Shown one piece after another: positions 1 through 8,504 of a stretch of 59,103 bases of DNA; position 1 is the first letter of the stretch, and every line of letters begins with the position of its first letter. A model generated the notes under the pieces. The model worked only from the letters and a program-made list of their open reading frames with translations, was not told the origin of the DNA and did not search any database. The translations under genes were made by a program, and so were the position numbers. Source of the DNA: Spirulina sp. (GTDB taxonomy: Bacteria; Cyanobacteriota; Cyanobacteriia; Phormidesmidales; Phormidesmidaceae); contig JBIPSI010000033.1 of NCBI GenBank assembly GCA_044070495.1, positions 1 through 59,103 on the forward strand. Direction: 5' to 3'.

Positions 1-66
1 CCGCGAACGCCGCTTAGCCAGCGTCGTCGGGCTAACGCGTTCGTCGGCTCCAACGAAGAGTTGGTG
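1..66 (-). other. Integron attC site (3' part cut off by the window edge)
   Basis: Minus strand reads CACCAAC (R''-like, 66-60), TCTTC spacer, GTTGGAGC (L''), then the imperfect palindrome CGAACGC-G-TTAGCC...GGCTAA-GCG-GCGTTCG-CGG. L'/R' would lie beyond position 1. Confidence 0.85.
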
Positions 67-123
67 TGCCTGGTAAGTGGACTTAGTGTTCCCAACCAGT
101 AACATTTCTACCAGGCAGAACAA
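60..123 (-). other. Body of the ORF-less first integron cassette
   Basis: Only ~57 bp lie between the attI crossover G|TT (124|123) and the attC R'' box. The cassette ends are complementary: 60-75 GTTGGTGTGCCTGGTA vs 109-124 TACCAGGCAGAACAAC. Confidence 0.75.
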
Positions 124-312
124 CTCTTTATTAGAGGGAAATTTTCCGTCTAATACCCTTATACGGGATCTTAGGTGGAAATCTGTCCGCCTAAATACCC
201 CTAGAGGGATCTTAGGTGGAAAAATTTCAGCCTAAATGCCGAATATGGGATCTTAGGTGGAAAGTTTCAGTATAAACACCCGACGCCCTGGGAGCCTGGT
301 AACTTAAGATTT
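122..312 (-). other. attI region of the integrase-linked integron (core site, phased repeats, probable promoters)
   Basis: Minus strand CTCTAAT-AAAGA-GTT has the attI1 layout (L box, 5 bp, GTT). It is divergent from intI. Identity with the copy at 56910-57100 stops exactly after the GTT. Confidence 0.85.
125..287. repeat. Four tandem ~41-bp palindromic units in attI
   Basis: GGGATCTTAGGTGGAAA occurs exactly at 165, 206 and 247. Each unit has a TTAG..GGAAA/TTTC..CTAA dyad, including a degenerate unit at 131-153. Confidence 0.95.
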
Positions 313-322
313 CCTTAGAAAT

Positions 323-336
323 AGTACGGGCTTACC
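323..336 (+). promoter_or_regulatory. Possible cyanobacterial-type LexA box upstream of intI
   Basis: AGTAC-GGGC-TTACC resembles RGTACNNNDGTWCB with mismatches. It sits just before the ATG and downstream of a TAAGAT -10-like hexamer (305-310). Confidence 0.35.
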
Positions 337-337
337 T

Positions 338-1309
338 ATGGATGCATCGACTCCTCCACCCAAACGCCTGCTTGACCAAGTGCGGGATGCCATTCGGCTC
401 AAGCACTACTCTTACCGCACAGAACAGACCTACGTGCAATGGATTCGGCGGTATATCCTGTTTCACAACAAGCGCCACCCAAATCAAATGGGGGTGCCGG
501 AGATAGAGGCGTTTCTGACCCATCTGGCGGTGCAGGAGCATGTCGCGGCCTCTACGCAGAACCAAGCCCTTAGCGCGTTGTTATTTTTGTATCGAGAAGT
601 TCTGTTTCTGCCCTTGGATGCTCGGATTGATGCGGTGCGGGCCAAGCCATCGCGGAAACTGCCAACGGTTTTGACCAAGGATGAGGTGCGCTCGGTGATT
701 GTGCATATGACCGGGGTTCATCGGCTCATTGTTCAAACGCTCTATGGCAGTGGGCTGCGGCTGCGAGAGGCGATGCAGCTACGGGTGAAGGATTTGGATT
801 TTCCTCAGCATCAAATTGTGGTGCGGGATGCCAAGGGCCACGACAGCCGTGTCACCATGCTTCCGGTTAGTTTGGTGGAGCCTTTACAGGAACACCTTCA
901 GGGAGTGCAGCGGCTCCATCGGCAAGATTTGGAACAGGGCTATGGGGCAACGGTTTTACCCTTTGCCTTAGCCCGGAAGTACCCCAATGCAAACCGCCAA
1001 TGGCACTGGCAGTTTGTGTTTCCGGCTTCGACGCGCTGCCAAGATCCGCGCAGTGGGGCGGTGGTTCGTTATCACTTGCATGAGAGCGGATTGCAAAAGG
1101 CCGTGAAGCAAGCGGTGCGCTGTGCAGGAATTCAAAAGCGAGTGGGTTGTCACACCTTCCGCCATAGCTTTGCCACCCATCTGCTGCAAAACGGCTACGA
1201 CATTCGCACGGTGCAGGAATTGCTGGGCCATAAGGACGTGAAAACCACGATGATTTACACCCATGTGCTGAATCGGGGTGGACGAGGAGTTAGAAGTCCG
1301 CTGGATTGA
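338..1309 (+). CDS. intI: Integron integrase (tyrosine recombinase)
   Basis: 323 aa. N-terminal [14 protein letters not shown], catalytic R-K-HxxR-H-Y set (GLRL, AKG, HTFRH, LGH, IYTH) and the IntI-specific insertion [20 protein letters not shown]. Confidence 0.97.
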   Translation: MDASTPPPKRLLDQVRDAIRLKHYSYRTEQTYVQWIRRYILFHNKRHPNQMGVPEIEAFLTHLAVQEHVAASTQNQALSALLFLYREVLFLPLDARIDAVRAKPSRKLPTVLTKDEVRSVIVHMTGVHRLIVQTLYGSGLRLREAMQLRVKDLDFPQHQIVVRDAKGHDSRVTMLPVSLVEPLQEHLQGVQRLHRQDLEQGYGATVLPFALARKYPNANRQWHWQFVFPASTRCQDPRSGAVVRYHLHESGLQKAVKQAVRCAGIQKRVGCHTFRHSFATHLLQNGYDIRTVQELLGHKDVKTTMIYTHVLNRGGRGVRSPLD

Positions 1310-1342
1310 GCCGAGGCAGGCAGATCGGTGAGCAATCGCAGG

Positions 1343-4237
1343 CTACTTCTCCACCAGTTCGCGGAACCAGTTGTCGCTCCAGAGGTCGTCGAAGGCGGGT
1401 TCGGTGCGAGCTTCTTCTTTATAGTCAGGGTCGAGACGAACGGCCTGTTGGAGGCATTCCAGGGTCATGTCGGATTCCCGCTGGAGGGCGTAGCAGAGGG
1501 CTTTGTTGTAGTGGGCCTTGGCGTAGTCCGGGTCGAGGGCGATAGCTTTATCGAAACTCTTGATCGCCTCGTCATCGCGCCCTAATTTGACCAGGGCCAA
1601 GCCGCGATTATCCCAGGCTTTAGGTAATTCGGCATTAAAGCGAGTGGCTTTATCGAAGGAGGAAAGGGCATCTTCGTAGCGTTCTAATTCCAGCAGAGAC
1701 AGACCGCGATTGAGCCAAGCAATGGCATCATTGGCCTGGATTTCGACGGCTCTATCAAAGGATTGGAAGGCTTCTTCGTGTCGCTGCAAAATGCCGTAGG
1801 AAACCCCTCGATTCACCCAGGCTTCGTGGTATTCGGGGTTGATTTCTAGGGCTTTATCGAAGGCCGTAATCGCATCTTCCCGCCGCTTTAGACGACTCAA
1901 CACCATGCCTCGATTCAGCCATACTTTGGGGTCTTCGGGGGTGATGTCGGCTAGTTTTTCAAACACCTCTAAGGCATCTTCGGGGCGGCGCAGTTCCCGC
2001 AATAACAAGCCTTTTTGATAGAGAGCTAGGTGATGGCGGGGGCTGATGGTGAGCAGGCGATCTAGGGAGGTAACGGCGGCTTCGAGCTGTTCCAAGGCTT
2101 GCTGGGCCTTGGCGCGATTTAGCCAGGTATTGACGTTGTTGGGCTGAATTTCTAGGGCTTTGTCGTACTCACCGAGGGCGAGGTCGTAGTCTTCGGCCTC
2201 TAGGTATCTATCGCCTGCCTGGATGTATTCTTCGGCGGTGAGGAACAGTTCGGGGCGGTTGAGTTCTAGGCGGGTGAGCTTGTCGGTGACGGTCTCAAAT
2301 TGCTGGCGGGTTTCGCTCATGAACACATCCGAGATGTACTCTGGCGTGACTTCCGCGAGGCGATCCAAAATGTCGGACTTTTGGCGCATCGCCTCGGCCT
2401 GGATGGCCTCTAGGCGCACCTTGTAGCTTTGCTGGAGCAGGGCCAAATCCCCCAGAGCCACCTCACGACCTGCTTCCACATCGGCTTGCAGTTGGGTGAG
2501 GCGGTCGCCCATTTCCGCCATTAGCGCTTCGAGCCGTAGTCGCACCTGATCCTGGCGTTCGGCGGTGGCGGATTCCAGGTTGGCGAGGTCTTCGCTGAGG
2601 CGGCGGTCGAAGGTGTCGATTTTATCCAGCACCCGGTCGCGCTTGGTGAAGATCATCTCCCGTGCCTGGGTGAGCTGGTCGGTAAAGGCGGCTTCCATGA
2701 CCCGCAGGCCGTCGAGGGACTGCATTTGCTGTTCGCCCACCTGCTCTTGCAGGACGCGCACCTGTTGACTGAAGGCCGTCGCCGTCGCCTCCAAATCGCT
2801 AAGAATCGTGCTTTTCTGAATTTCCGACTCCGTGGCCATTTGGGCAAGCTGGGCCTGGAGGCGTTGGGCCATGTCCTGAAATTCGTCGAGGGTGCCCCGC
2901 TGGCGGCTGTCTACCTCGGTGCGGGTGGTGGCAAAGCGGTCGAGGGCATCGTCGGCGGCGCGGCGCAGGTCAAACAGGAGGGCTTCCTGACGCTGTTCGA
3001 TGTCGCTACGCAGACCGGAAAACTGGCCCAAAAATTCGTCCGCCGAGCGGCGCAGGTCTTGCAGAATGCGGCTGCGCTGGGCTTCCACCTCGGTACGCAG
3101 GTTGGCGAAGCGCTGGGTAAATTCGTCGATGGAGTTTTGGATATTTTGAATGGCCAAATCCCGATGGCCAAAGGCGCTGACCTGCAATTCCCCCAGTTGG
3201 CGGCTGATCTCCTGTTCCTGGGTTTGCAAGCGTCCCAGACTTTCTTGTTTGAGGGCATCCAGGGATTCGGCAATCTCGGCGGTCTGTTGGCCTACCTGCT
3301 CACTGGCCTGGTTGGTCAACTGCTGCCGTAGGTCGGCTAGGGCGGTCATCACCCGATCCCGCTCTTCTTGGACGGTGGTGGTCATGGCGGTCATCCGATC
3401 CGCCAAACTGGCTTCGCTATTGGCCAGCTTTTGCAGCACCGCATCCTGCTGTACCTCCACATCGCCGCGCAGACGATTCACGTCCCGCAAAAATCCGGTT
3501 TGGTTTTCCTCCATCACCCGAAACACCGCATCCCGCTGCATTTGGGTGTCCTTACGCAGGTTGGTGACTTGGTCTTCGGCGGACTGGCGCAGGCTCACCA
3601 AGCGACCGACAAAATCTGCCTCGGTGGATTCCAGTTTCACCTGAAGTTCCGCCAGGGTCGATTGCCAATCGTTGAGGGTACGGGCTTTGAACTCGGCCAG
3701 ATCGTCCACAATCCGGTTTAGCACCTGCTTTTTGGTCAGGGCTTCTTCCTGGAAACGATCCGTGCGGCTGGTGATGGCGGCGGCCTGTTCCTCGGCCTGG
3801 TTGAGGATGTAGTCTAAATCGCGGGTGGCGGACTGGATGCGGGTTTCTAGGTCGGTAATTTCGTTAATTTGCTTGCGGACGATGCCAGACACTTCCTGAA
3901 TTACCGAACGCCGCATCAGCCAGAGCATGGCCACGCCCAGCCCCAGTAGCAGCACCAGCGTTCCCAGCAGCACCATAAATAGGGTGGTCGCCCGTCGAAA
4001 AGCCAGATCCGCTTCCCGCTGGAGCTGCTGAATTTCCGCCGTGCTAGCCTGGGCAATCAGAATGTCATCGTCCGTCGTACTCGCTTGGGCCAGCAGAACC
4101 TTATCCCCAACCAAGTCATTCCCTAGGGAAACGGCCTCAGCCCTTGATATGCCAACAACACCGCCGCTCAGCAACGCCAGCGACAGCAACAGCAAGGGAC
4201 GGGGCAGGGTGGCAAAGGGGCGAGAAATCGGCCTCAT
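1343..4237 (-). CDS. Membrane-anchored coiled-coil protein with C-terminal TPR repeats
   Basis: Signal-like and TM segments, ~550 aa heptad-rich helix, and ~8 TPR motifs (AWVNRG..., AWDNRG...). ATG 4237 preferred over 4321. Confidence 0.85.
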   Translation of the reverse strand: MRPISRPFATLPRPLLLLSLALLSGGVVGISRAEAVSLGNDLVGDKVLLAQASTTDDDILIAQASTAEIQQLQREADLAFRRATTLFMVLLGTLVLLLGLGVAMLWLMRRSVIQEVSGIVRKQINEITDLETRIQSATRDLDYILNQAEEQAAAITSRTDRFQEEALTKKQVLNRIVDDLAEFKARTLNDWQSTLAELQVKLESTEADFVGRLVSLRQSAEDQVTNLRKDTQMQRDAVFRVMEENQTGFLRDVNRLRGDVEVQQDAVLQKLANSEASLADRMTAMTTTVQEERDRVMTALADLRQQLTNQASEQVGQQTAEIAESLDALKQESLGRLQTQEQEISRQLGELQVSAFGHRDLAIQNIQNSIDEFTQRFANLRTEVEAQRSRILQDLRRSADEFLGQFSGLRSDIEQRQEALLFDLRRAADDALDRFATTRTEVDSRQRGTLDEFQDMAQRLQAQLAQMATESEIQKSTILSDLEATATAFSQQVRVLQEQVGEQQMQSLDGLRVMEAAFTDQLTQAREMIFTKRDRVLDKIDTFDRRLSEDLANLESATAERQDQVRLRLEALMAEMGDRLTQLQADVEAGREVALGDLALLQQSYKVRLEAIQAEAMRQKSDILDRLAEVTPEYISDVFMSETRQQFETVTDKLTRLELNRPELFLTAEEYIQAGDRYLEAEDYDLALGEYDKALEIQPNNVNTWLNRAKAQQALEQLEAAVTSLDRLLTISPRHHLALYQKGLLLRELRRPEDALEVFEKLADITPEDPKVWLNRGMVLSRLKRREDAITAFDKALEINPEYHEAWVNRGVSYGILQRHEEAFQSFDRAVEIQANDAIAWLNRGLSLLELERYEDALSSFDKATRFNAELPKAWDNRGLALVKLGRDDEAIKSFDKAIALDPDYAKAHYNKALCYALQRESDMTLECLQQAVRLDPDYKEEARTEPAFDDLWSDNWFRELVEK

Positions 4238-4309
4238 CAGGGATAGTCCTAGGTGCGGGCTTATGACAGCAAACCCGTTGAATATGCTTAGGATAACTGA
4301 TAGCCTGAC

Positions 4310-4400
4310 GGCCTGACACATCTAGCCTTTGGTGCGCTGTAGCCAGGTCACTCTCGGCTTTGCGAAACCATCCCTCGGCTAAATCACGCTGATTTTTCAT
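4310..4400 (-). pseudogene. Truncated HEPN-domain gene (partner of the upstream nucleotidyltransferase)
   Basis: ATG overlaps the MNT 3' end. MKNQRDLAEGWFRKAESDLATAHQRL matches a HEPN N-terminal helix, then the similarity is lost. Confidence 0.65.
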
Positions 4401-4719
4401 AGAGTACGTGCCCTTCCCGGAGAGCGGTGGTGATAAACGCATTGGGAACCGCCGCCCATTCCTGGACTTCGGCTGGTGTCCAAACGGTGATGTCCTTAGA
4501 TGAAAATAGGCCTACCAAGGCTCGATAGTAGCGGGGGGATCGCTTGAATCGAGGCAGTTGGGAGTTTTCAATAATCAGCAAGTCTAGGTCGCTATTGGGG
4601 TGGGTGTCTCCCCGTGCTTGGGAACCAAACAGGACGATTTTCAGCGGTGCGCCTACACTCCGAAGACGCTGTACAACCTCGTTAAGCAAAGCTTCACTGG
4701 CTGGATTTTGGCTGAGCAT
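4384..4719 (-). CDS. Minimal nucleotidyltransferase (MNT) domain protein
   Basis: LFGSQARGD...SDLDLL motif, 111 aa. Confidence 0.9.
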   Translation of the reverse strand: MLSQNPASEALLNEVVQRLRSVGAPLKIVLFGSQARGDTHPNSDLDLLIIENSQLPRFKRSPRYYRALVGLFSSKDITVWTPAEVQEWAAVPNAFITTALREGHVLYEKSA

Positions 4720-4895
4720 GGTTTAGGGGAAAAGTAGGTTGACTGGGGCTGTCTGTCTTTCAACCATGTCTTTTATCGTAGCCTGATCAGCAAAGCAGCG
4801 AACTTCTGGGCGGTGATCTAACACAACGGGAAAGGCGCTACTAACAATGTAGATGTAGATTAAGTGCACCAAGGGTGGACTCCAGCCCCCCTCGC

Positions 4896-5130
4896 CTAGG
4901 GCCAAATGCGGTGCAAGGTGAGGATAAAGCCTGGGAGAACCGACTCCCCTGATAATTGACTCGCCTGATAATTGACTCGGACGCTCTAGTACCTCAATGG
5001 CTTGTCCTTGGCGATAGACTTCAACCCGCTGGCTATAGGAATCCATCAACCAGCCTAACTGTGTTCCATTGGCCAGATATTCCTCCATCTTCTCCCGCAA
5101 GAGGGTAAGCGAGTCTGTTTTAGAGCGTCA
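4896..5130 (-). pseudogene. Uma2-family endonuclease fragment, frameshifted
   Basis: SKTDSLTLLREKMEEYLANGTQLGWLMD...VEVYR. The C-terminal LSGESVLPGFIL is out of frame because of a 16-bp tandem duplication (4948-4979). The N-terminal half is absent. Confidence 0.8.
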
Positions 5131-5164
5131 TTTCACTTTTAGTCCACGGCCTGAGACTAACGCC

Positions 5165-5719
5165 CTAACGGCCATAGTTGTAGCCCGTGGGCAAAATGGT
5201 GGTGTCATCGCAGCAGCTATCCGTCAAATCGACCCCAACGGCCCGAAAGAGATTGCACTGCCGCAGGTTAGCGCCGTGGAGGATAGCCCCCTCTAGCCTT
5301 GCCCCCACCAGGGTGCAGCCCTCCAAATTGGCATCCGTGAGGTCGGCCTGCCGCAGATCGGCCCCGCTGAGGTTGGCCCCCCGCAGATCGCAGCCCTGCA
5401 AATTAGCGGTTTGCAAATCGGTGCGGCTGAAGTCGGCCTGGGTGCAATGCGCCCCGTCTAGGTTGGCCCCATAGAAGTTGCTGTCCCCTAGTTGGGCCTC
5501 GCTGAAGTTAACGCCCTTGAGGTTAGCTAGGGTGAAGTTGCAGTAGGGTAAGTAAGCCTGGGCTAAGCAGCTTTCCTCAAGATCAATGCCCCGCAGGTTC
5601 GCCTGAAACAGGTGAATCGCGGTCATGTCCCGCTGGGAAAACTGCCGCTGACCCTCACGGTAGGCTTGTTGTAAAGCGTCCCCAGTCAGTCGCTGCATAG
5701 TCACCAACAAGTTACCCAT
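5165..5719 (-). CDS. Pentapeptide repeat protein
   Basis: Repeated A(D/N)Lxx units; YREGQRQF N-terminus typical of cyanobacterial members. Confidence 0.92.
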   Translation of the reverse strand: MGNLLVTMQRLTGDALQQAYREGQRQFSQRDMTAIHLFQANLRGIDLEESCLAQAYLPYCNFTLANLKGVNFSEAQLGDSNFYGANLDGAHCTQADFSRTDLQTANLQGCDLRGANLSGADLRQADLTDANLEGCTLVGARLEGAILHGANLRQCNLFRAVGVDLTDSCCDDTTILPTGYNYGR

Positions 5720-5903
5720 ACTCGGCTCAACAGGTTTGGTTAAGCCCCAGCAGATGGGTATATGTGCTTAACCAAAACCCGCCCTTCACTGTAAAGGGTT
5801 TACGTTTCGTCATAACGCACCGTTAAGCATCTCTTCAGGTTTAGGCAAACCTCCCCAGATAAACGGCACCCATCCTAAATCCCGATGGCTTACCCAAAAT
5901 CAA

Positions 5904-5934
5904 GGGGACGAGGAGACCTCGCCCCTACGGTTGG
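5904..5934 (-). repeat. REP-like GTAG palindrome
   Basis: Reverse complement of CCAACCGTAGGGGCGAGGTCTCCTCG-CC at 44884-44912. Confidence 0.75.
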
Positions 5935-6034
5935 ATGCTTTGAGTACTAGGGTTGTTTCATTCAGATTTGAGTCAGCCTCTAAGAGGCTGGAACTCTTAG
6001 AGGTCAAGCCCCACCGGAGTCGGGCCTGCGGCCA

Positions 6035-7216
6035 TTAGGGGGTTCGGCGAGAGAAGAGCTTGAAGTAGAGCCAGTGGCCTGCCTCATGGAAGGGAAACAG
6101 CAGGTAGGTGAGGGGGTTGATGGTAACGATGATGTTACGCACGTTGCGTTTGGCGAGGGCCACCACCGCCCAGGCCACCCAACCTGCCGACATCACCCCC
6201 ACCGGGTTGAGGTTGCTTTTGAACGGCCCCAGGATCACCTTTCGCACCACACAGGGGGCATCCAGCCGCTTTAGGGTCACTAGTTCTCCCATCAGCCGCT
6301 TAGAGATTTCGTACAGGGGGCTAAAGGCGGGGTTGACCTCGGCCTCAGAGGTGTTCACCCACACTTCTTTATTGGCTCGCTGGGGGGAAGTTTCCACGGT
6401 GCTAAAGAACGCTTCCATCAGCCGCAGACCAGAGAGGGCATTGACCTCCAGGGATTGGGCGATGGCCGCTGGGGTGCGCTGTCCGTGGACGTTGGTGCCG
6501 TGGTTAATCACCAGAATATCCACCCGCCGCAGGGCTTCCTGTAGTTCGGCTTCGGCCCCCGGTTGCCAACGCCAGCAGGGCACGGTTTCCGGGAAATCTG
6601 CCCCGTCGGAGGTGGTGAGGGCGATGGGCTTGGCCCGTTGCTTTAAGAGTTCTTCAATGAGGGCGCGGCCCAGGGTGCCCGATGCCCCGGTTACGGCCAC
6701 GGTTTTGCCCTTCAGAGAGACAGCGGTACCCATCACCTTGTCTATCCCAGTAAAGTACCCAGCAAAGTAAGCATTGGTATCGTCAAAATGGTGCCGCCAG
6801 TGGTAAGTGCGGTTCACCAGCCAGTTGCTCGGCGGGGTGGTGAGTTCCCCCGGTTCGTGGGTGAGGTCGGTGGTGCGTAGCCAGCCCTGGGAACGGGCAA
6901 TGGCCGCCGCCAAAAAGCCGCCGCCGTACAGTACACCTAGCCACAGCCCCGGAACCCCCGTCCCCAAGGCCACCAGGGCCATCACCGCCATCATCACCAG
7001 GGCCTCAGGCACATCGTTGTGGAGCTGGGCCTGACGATAAATCTCTTCGCTGACGGGGGTGAAATCTTTTTTATAGGCCCGATGGTGCCAATTGTGGAGC
7101 GCCACCACGGGCGACCAATAATGGCCGAGCACATGGTAGCCATCCCGCACAACCTCCACCACCAGCACGGAGGCTAAGCCCCATAGGCCCTGTATCACAA
7201 CCGTTTGCAACGGCAT
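6035..7216 (-). CDS. Bifunctional sterol-desaturase-like/short-chain dehydrogenase
   Basis: His boxes (HNWHH, HWRHH), then TGASGTLG Rossmann and YEISK motifs. Confidence 0.88.
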   Translation of the reverse strand: MPLQTVVIQGLWGLASVLVVEVVRDGYHVLGHYWSPVVALHNWHHRAYKKDFTPVSEEIYRQAQLHNDVPEALVMMAVMALVALGTGVPGLWLGVLYGGGFLAAAIARSQGWLRTTDLTHEPGELTTPPSNWLVNRTYHWRHHFDDTNAYFAGYFTGIDKVMGTAVSLKGKTVAVTGASGTLGRALIEELLKQRAKPIALTTSDGADFPETVPCWRWQPGAEAELQEALRRVDILVINHGTNVHGQRTPAAIAQSLEVNALSGLRLMEAFFSTVETSPQRANKEVWVNTSEAEVNPAFSPLYEISKRLMGELVTLKRLDAPCVVRKVILGPFKSNLNPVGVMSAGWVAWAVVALAKRNVRNIIVTINPLTYLLFPFHEAGHWLYFKLFSRRTP

Positions 7217-7327
7217 ACTGATCGCCTCACACCAACAAAAAACATCCCTATTCTGCCACGCCAAGGAAAGGGTCTGGGCAGAATAGGGCGTTTGTACGGC
7301 GTTCGCCTGGGGCAATGGGCTGAGGCG

Positions 7328-8434
7328 TTAGGTGGCGGCAGGGCCGTCGGCTTCTTCCTGAACACCAACGGAATGGGACACTTCAACGCCATTTTGCTCT
7401 AAAACCACCACGGGTTCATTGCCGCGCATGTCAATACGCTTCACCAGCACCGAACCCCCTGCCACCCGTTGGCCCACAGCCACATAGCGACCCGTGGGTT
7501 CATCGGGCGACTGCACAATGGCGTAGGTGCGGCTGCCAATGGTCATCACCCCCGTGACAACGACCTCCTGGGCCTGGGTGGGTTCCGGTAGGGACGGCAA
7601 GGGAGCCAGGGCGATCTCCCCAGGAGGGGAAGCGGGTTGTCCGCCTGGGCCAGCGGGTTGGGCCGCCGTGCCGCCGCCCGGACTGGGTTGAGCCGCCGTG
7701 CCGCCAGGGCTAGGAGCAGCACCTCCACCCGGACTGGGAGGAGTCGTGCCACCGGGTGCGGTGGTGGGCGCAGCGGCAGTGGGCGCAGTGGGGATACCGC
7801 CCGTATTAGCTGGGGCGGCGGGGGTAGGACTTCCTGGCGGGGGAGGTGGGGGCGTGACCTGGGGCGGGGGGGGCACAGGTACCGTCGCAAAGGGGTCGGG
7901 GCGACGACTGTTGATCTGTCGAATGCGCTCCTCTGGATCGGTGGATTGAATCAGTTCGGCGCTGGTGGTGATATTGGCGAGTTGGGGTGCAGCGGGTACC
8001 ATCGGGGTGGCAAAGTCTGGGTCGCCGCCCTCCCCAGTCCCTTGATCGACCGGAGCTTCTTCGATGGGCACCTGATCAAGGGGCACCTGGTCAATAGGAA
8101 CTTGATCGATGGGCACCTGGTCAAGGGGTTCTTCGGTAACGATCCCATCCCCCATCTGGATATCCAGTTGCGCCTGACGCATGAAACCAGCCAAGAAAGG
8201 AATTCCAGCCAGCGTGGCCACTAGACCCGCCATGGAGGTGATTAAACTAATTTTGGCCCACTTGCGACTGCCCCAGAACTTAATGCAAAAGATCAGCAGG
8301 ACAAAGGGGACGAAAAAGGATAGCAGACCCCAAACCGGGCTGACCCGAAAGGCATCAATGAGACCAATTAGCCCCCCCACAGTGGACAGGAGGATGCCCA
8401 AAATAAACAAGACGAGAAAAATAGCGGCTCCCAT
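7328..8434 (-). CDS. Pro-rich membrane protein with a PilP/GspC-like C-terminal beta domain
   Basis: Three N-terminal TM helices, PxDQV repeats, RPDPF motif, and TGVM...AIV...YVAVGQRV. Family assignment is inferred. Confidence 0.65.
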   Translation of the reverse strand: MGAAIFLVLFILGILLSTVGGLIGLIDAFRVSPVWGLLSFFVPFVLLIFCIKFWGSRKWAKISLITSMAGLVATLAGIPFLAGFMRQAQLDIQMGDGIVTEEPLDQVPIDQVPIDQVPLDQVPIEEAPVDQGTGEGGDPDFATPMVPAAPQLANITTSAELIQSTDPEERIRQINSRRPDPFATVPVPPPPQVTPPPPPPGSPTPAAPANTGGIPTAPTAAAPTTAPGGTTPPSPGGGAAPSPGGTAAQPSPGGGTAAQPAGPGGQPASPPGEIALAPLPSLPEPTQAQEVVVTGVMTIGSRTYAIVQSPDEPTGRYVAVGQRVAGGSVLVKRIDMRGNEPVVVLEQNGVEVSHSVGVQEEADGPAAT

Positions 8435-8504
8435 GGAGACCTCTCCTTCATTGCCCTAGCTCGATGCCTCAACGATAGCTCAATTATTCAGAGGTGGAGC
8501 GGCC

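Noticed and set aside
165..263. CRISPR-like array (17-bp repeats at a 41-bp period; also 56959-57057)
   Set aside because: Only three exact repeats. The intervening sequences resemble each other and are shared by both loci, no cas genes are present, and the position matches attI.
4723..5100. 125-aa ORF as an intact gene
   Set aside because: It is a Uma2 fragment that runs out of frame after the 16-bp duplication.
5770..5875. Possible riboswitch upstream of the pentapeptide gene
   Set aside because: Hairpins are present, but I could not match a full consensus of any known family; an Rfam scan is needed.
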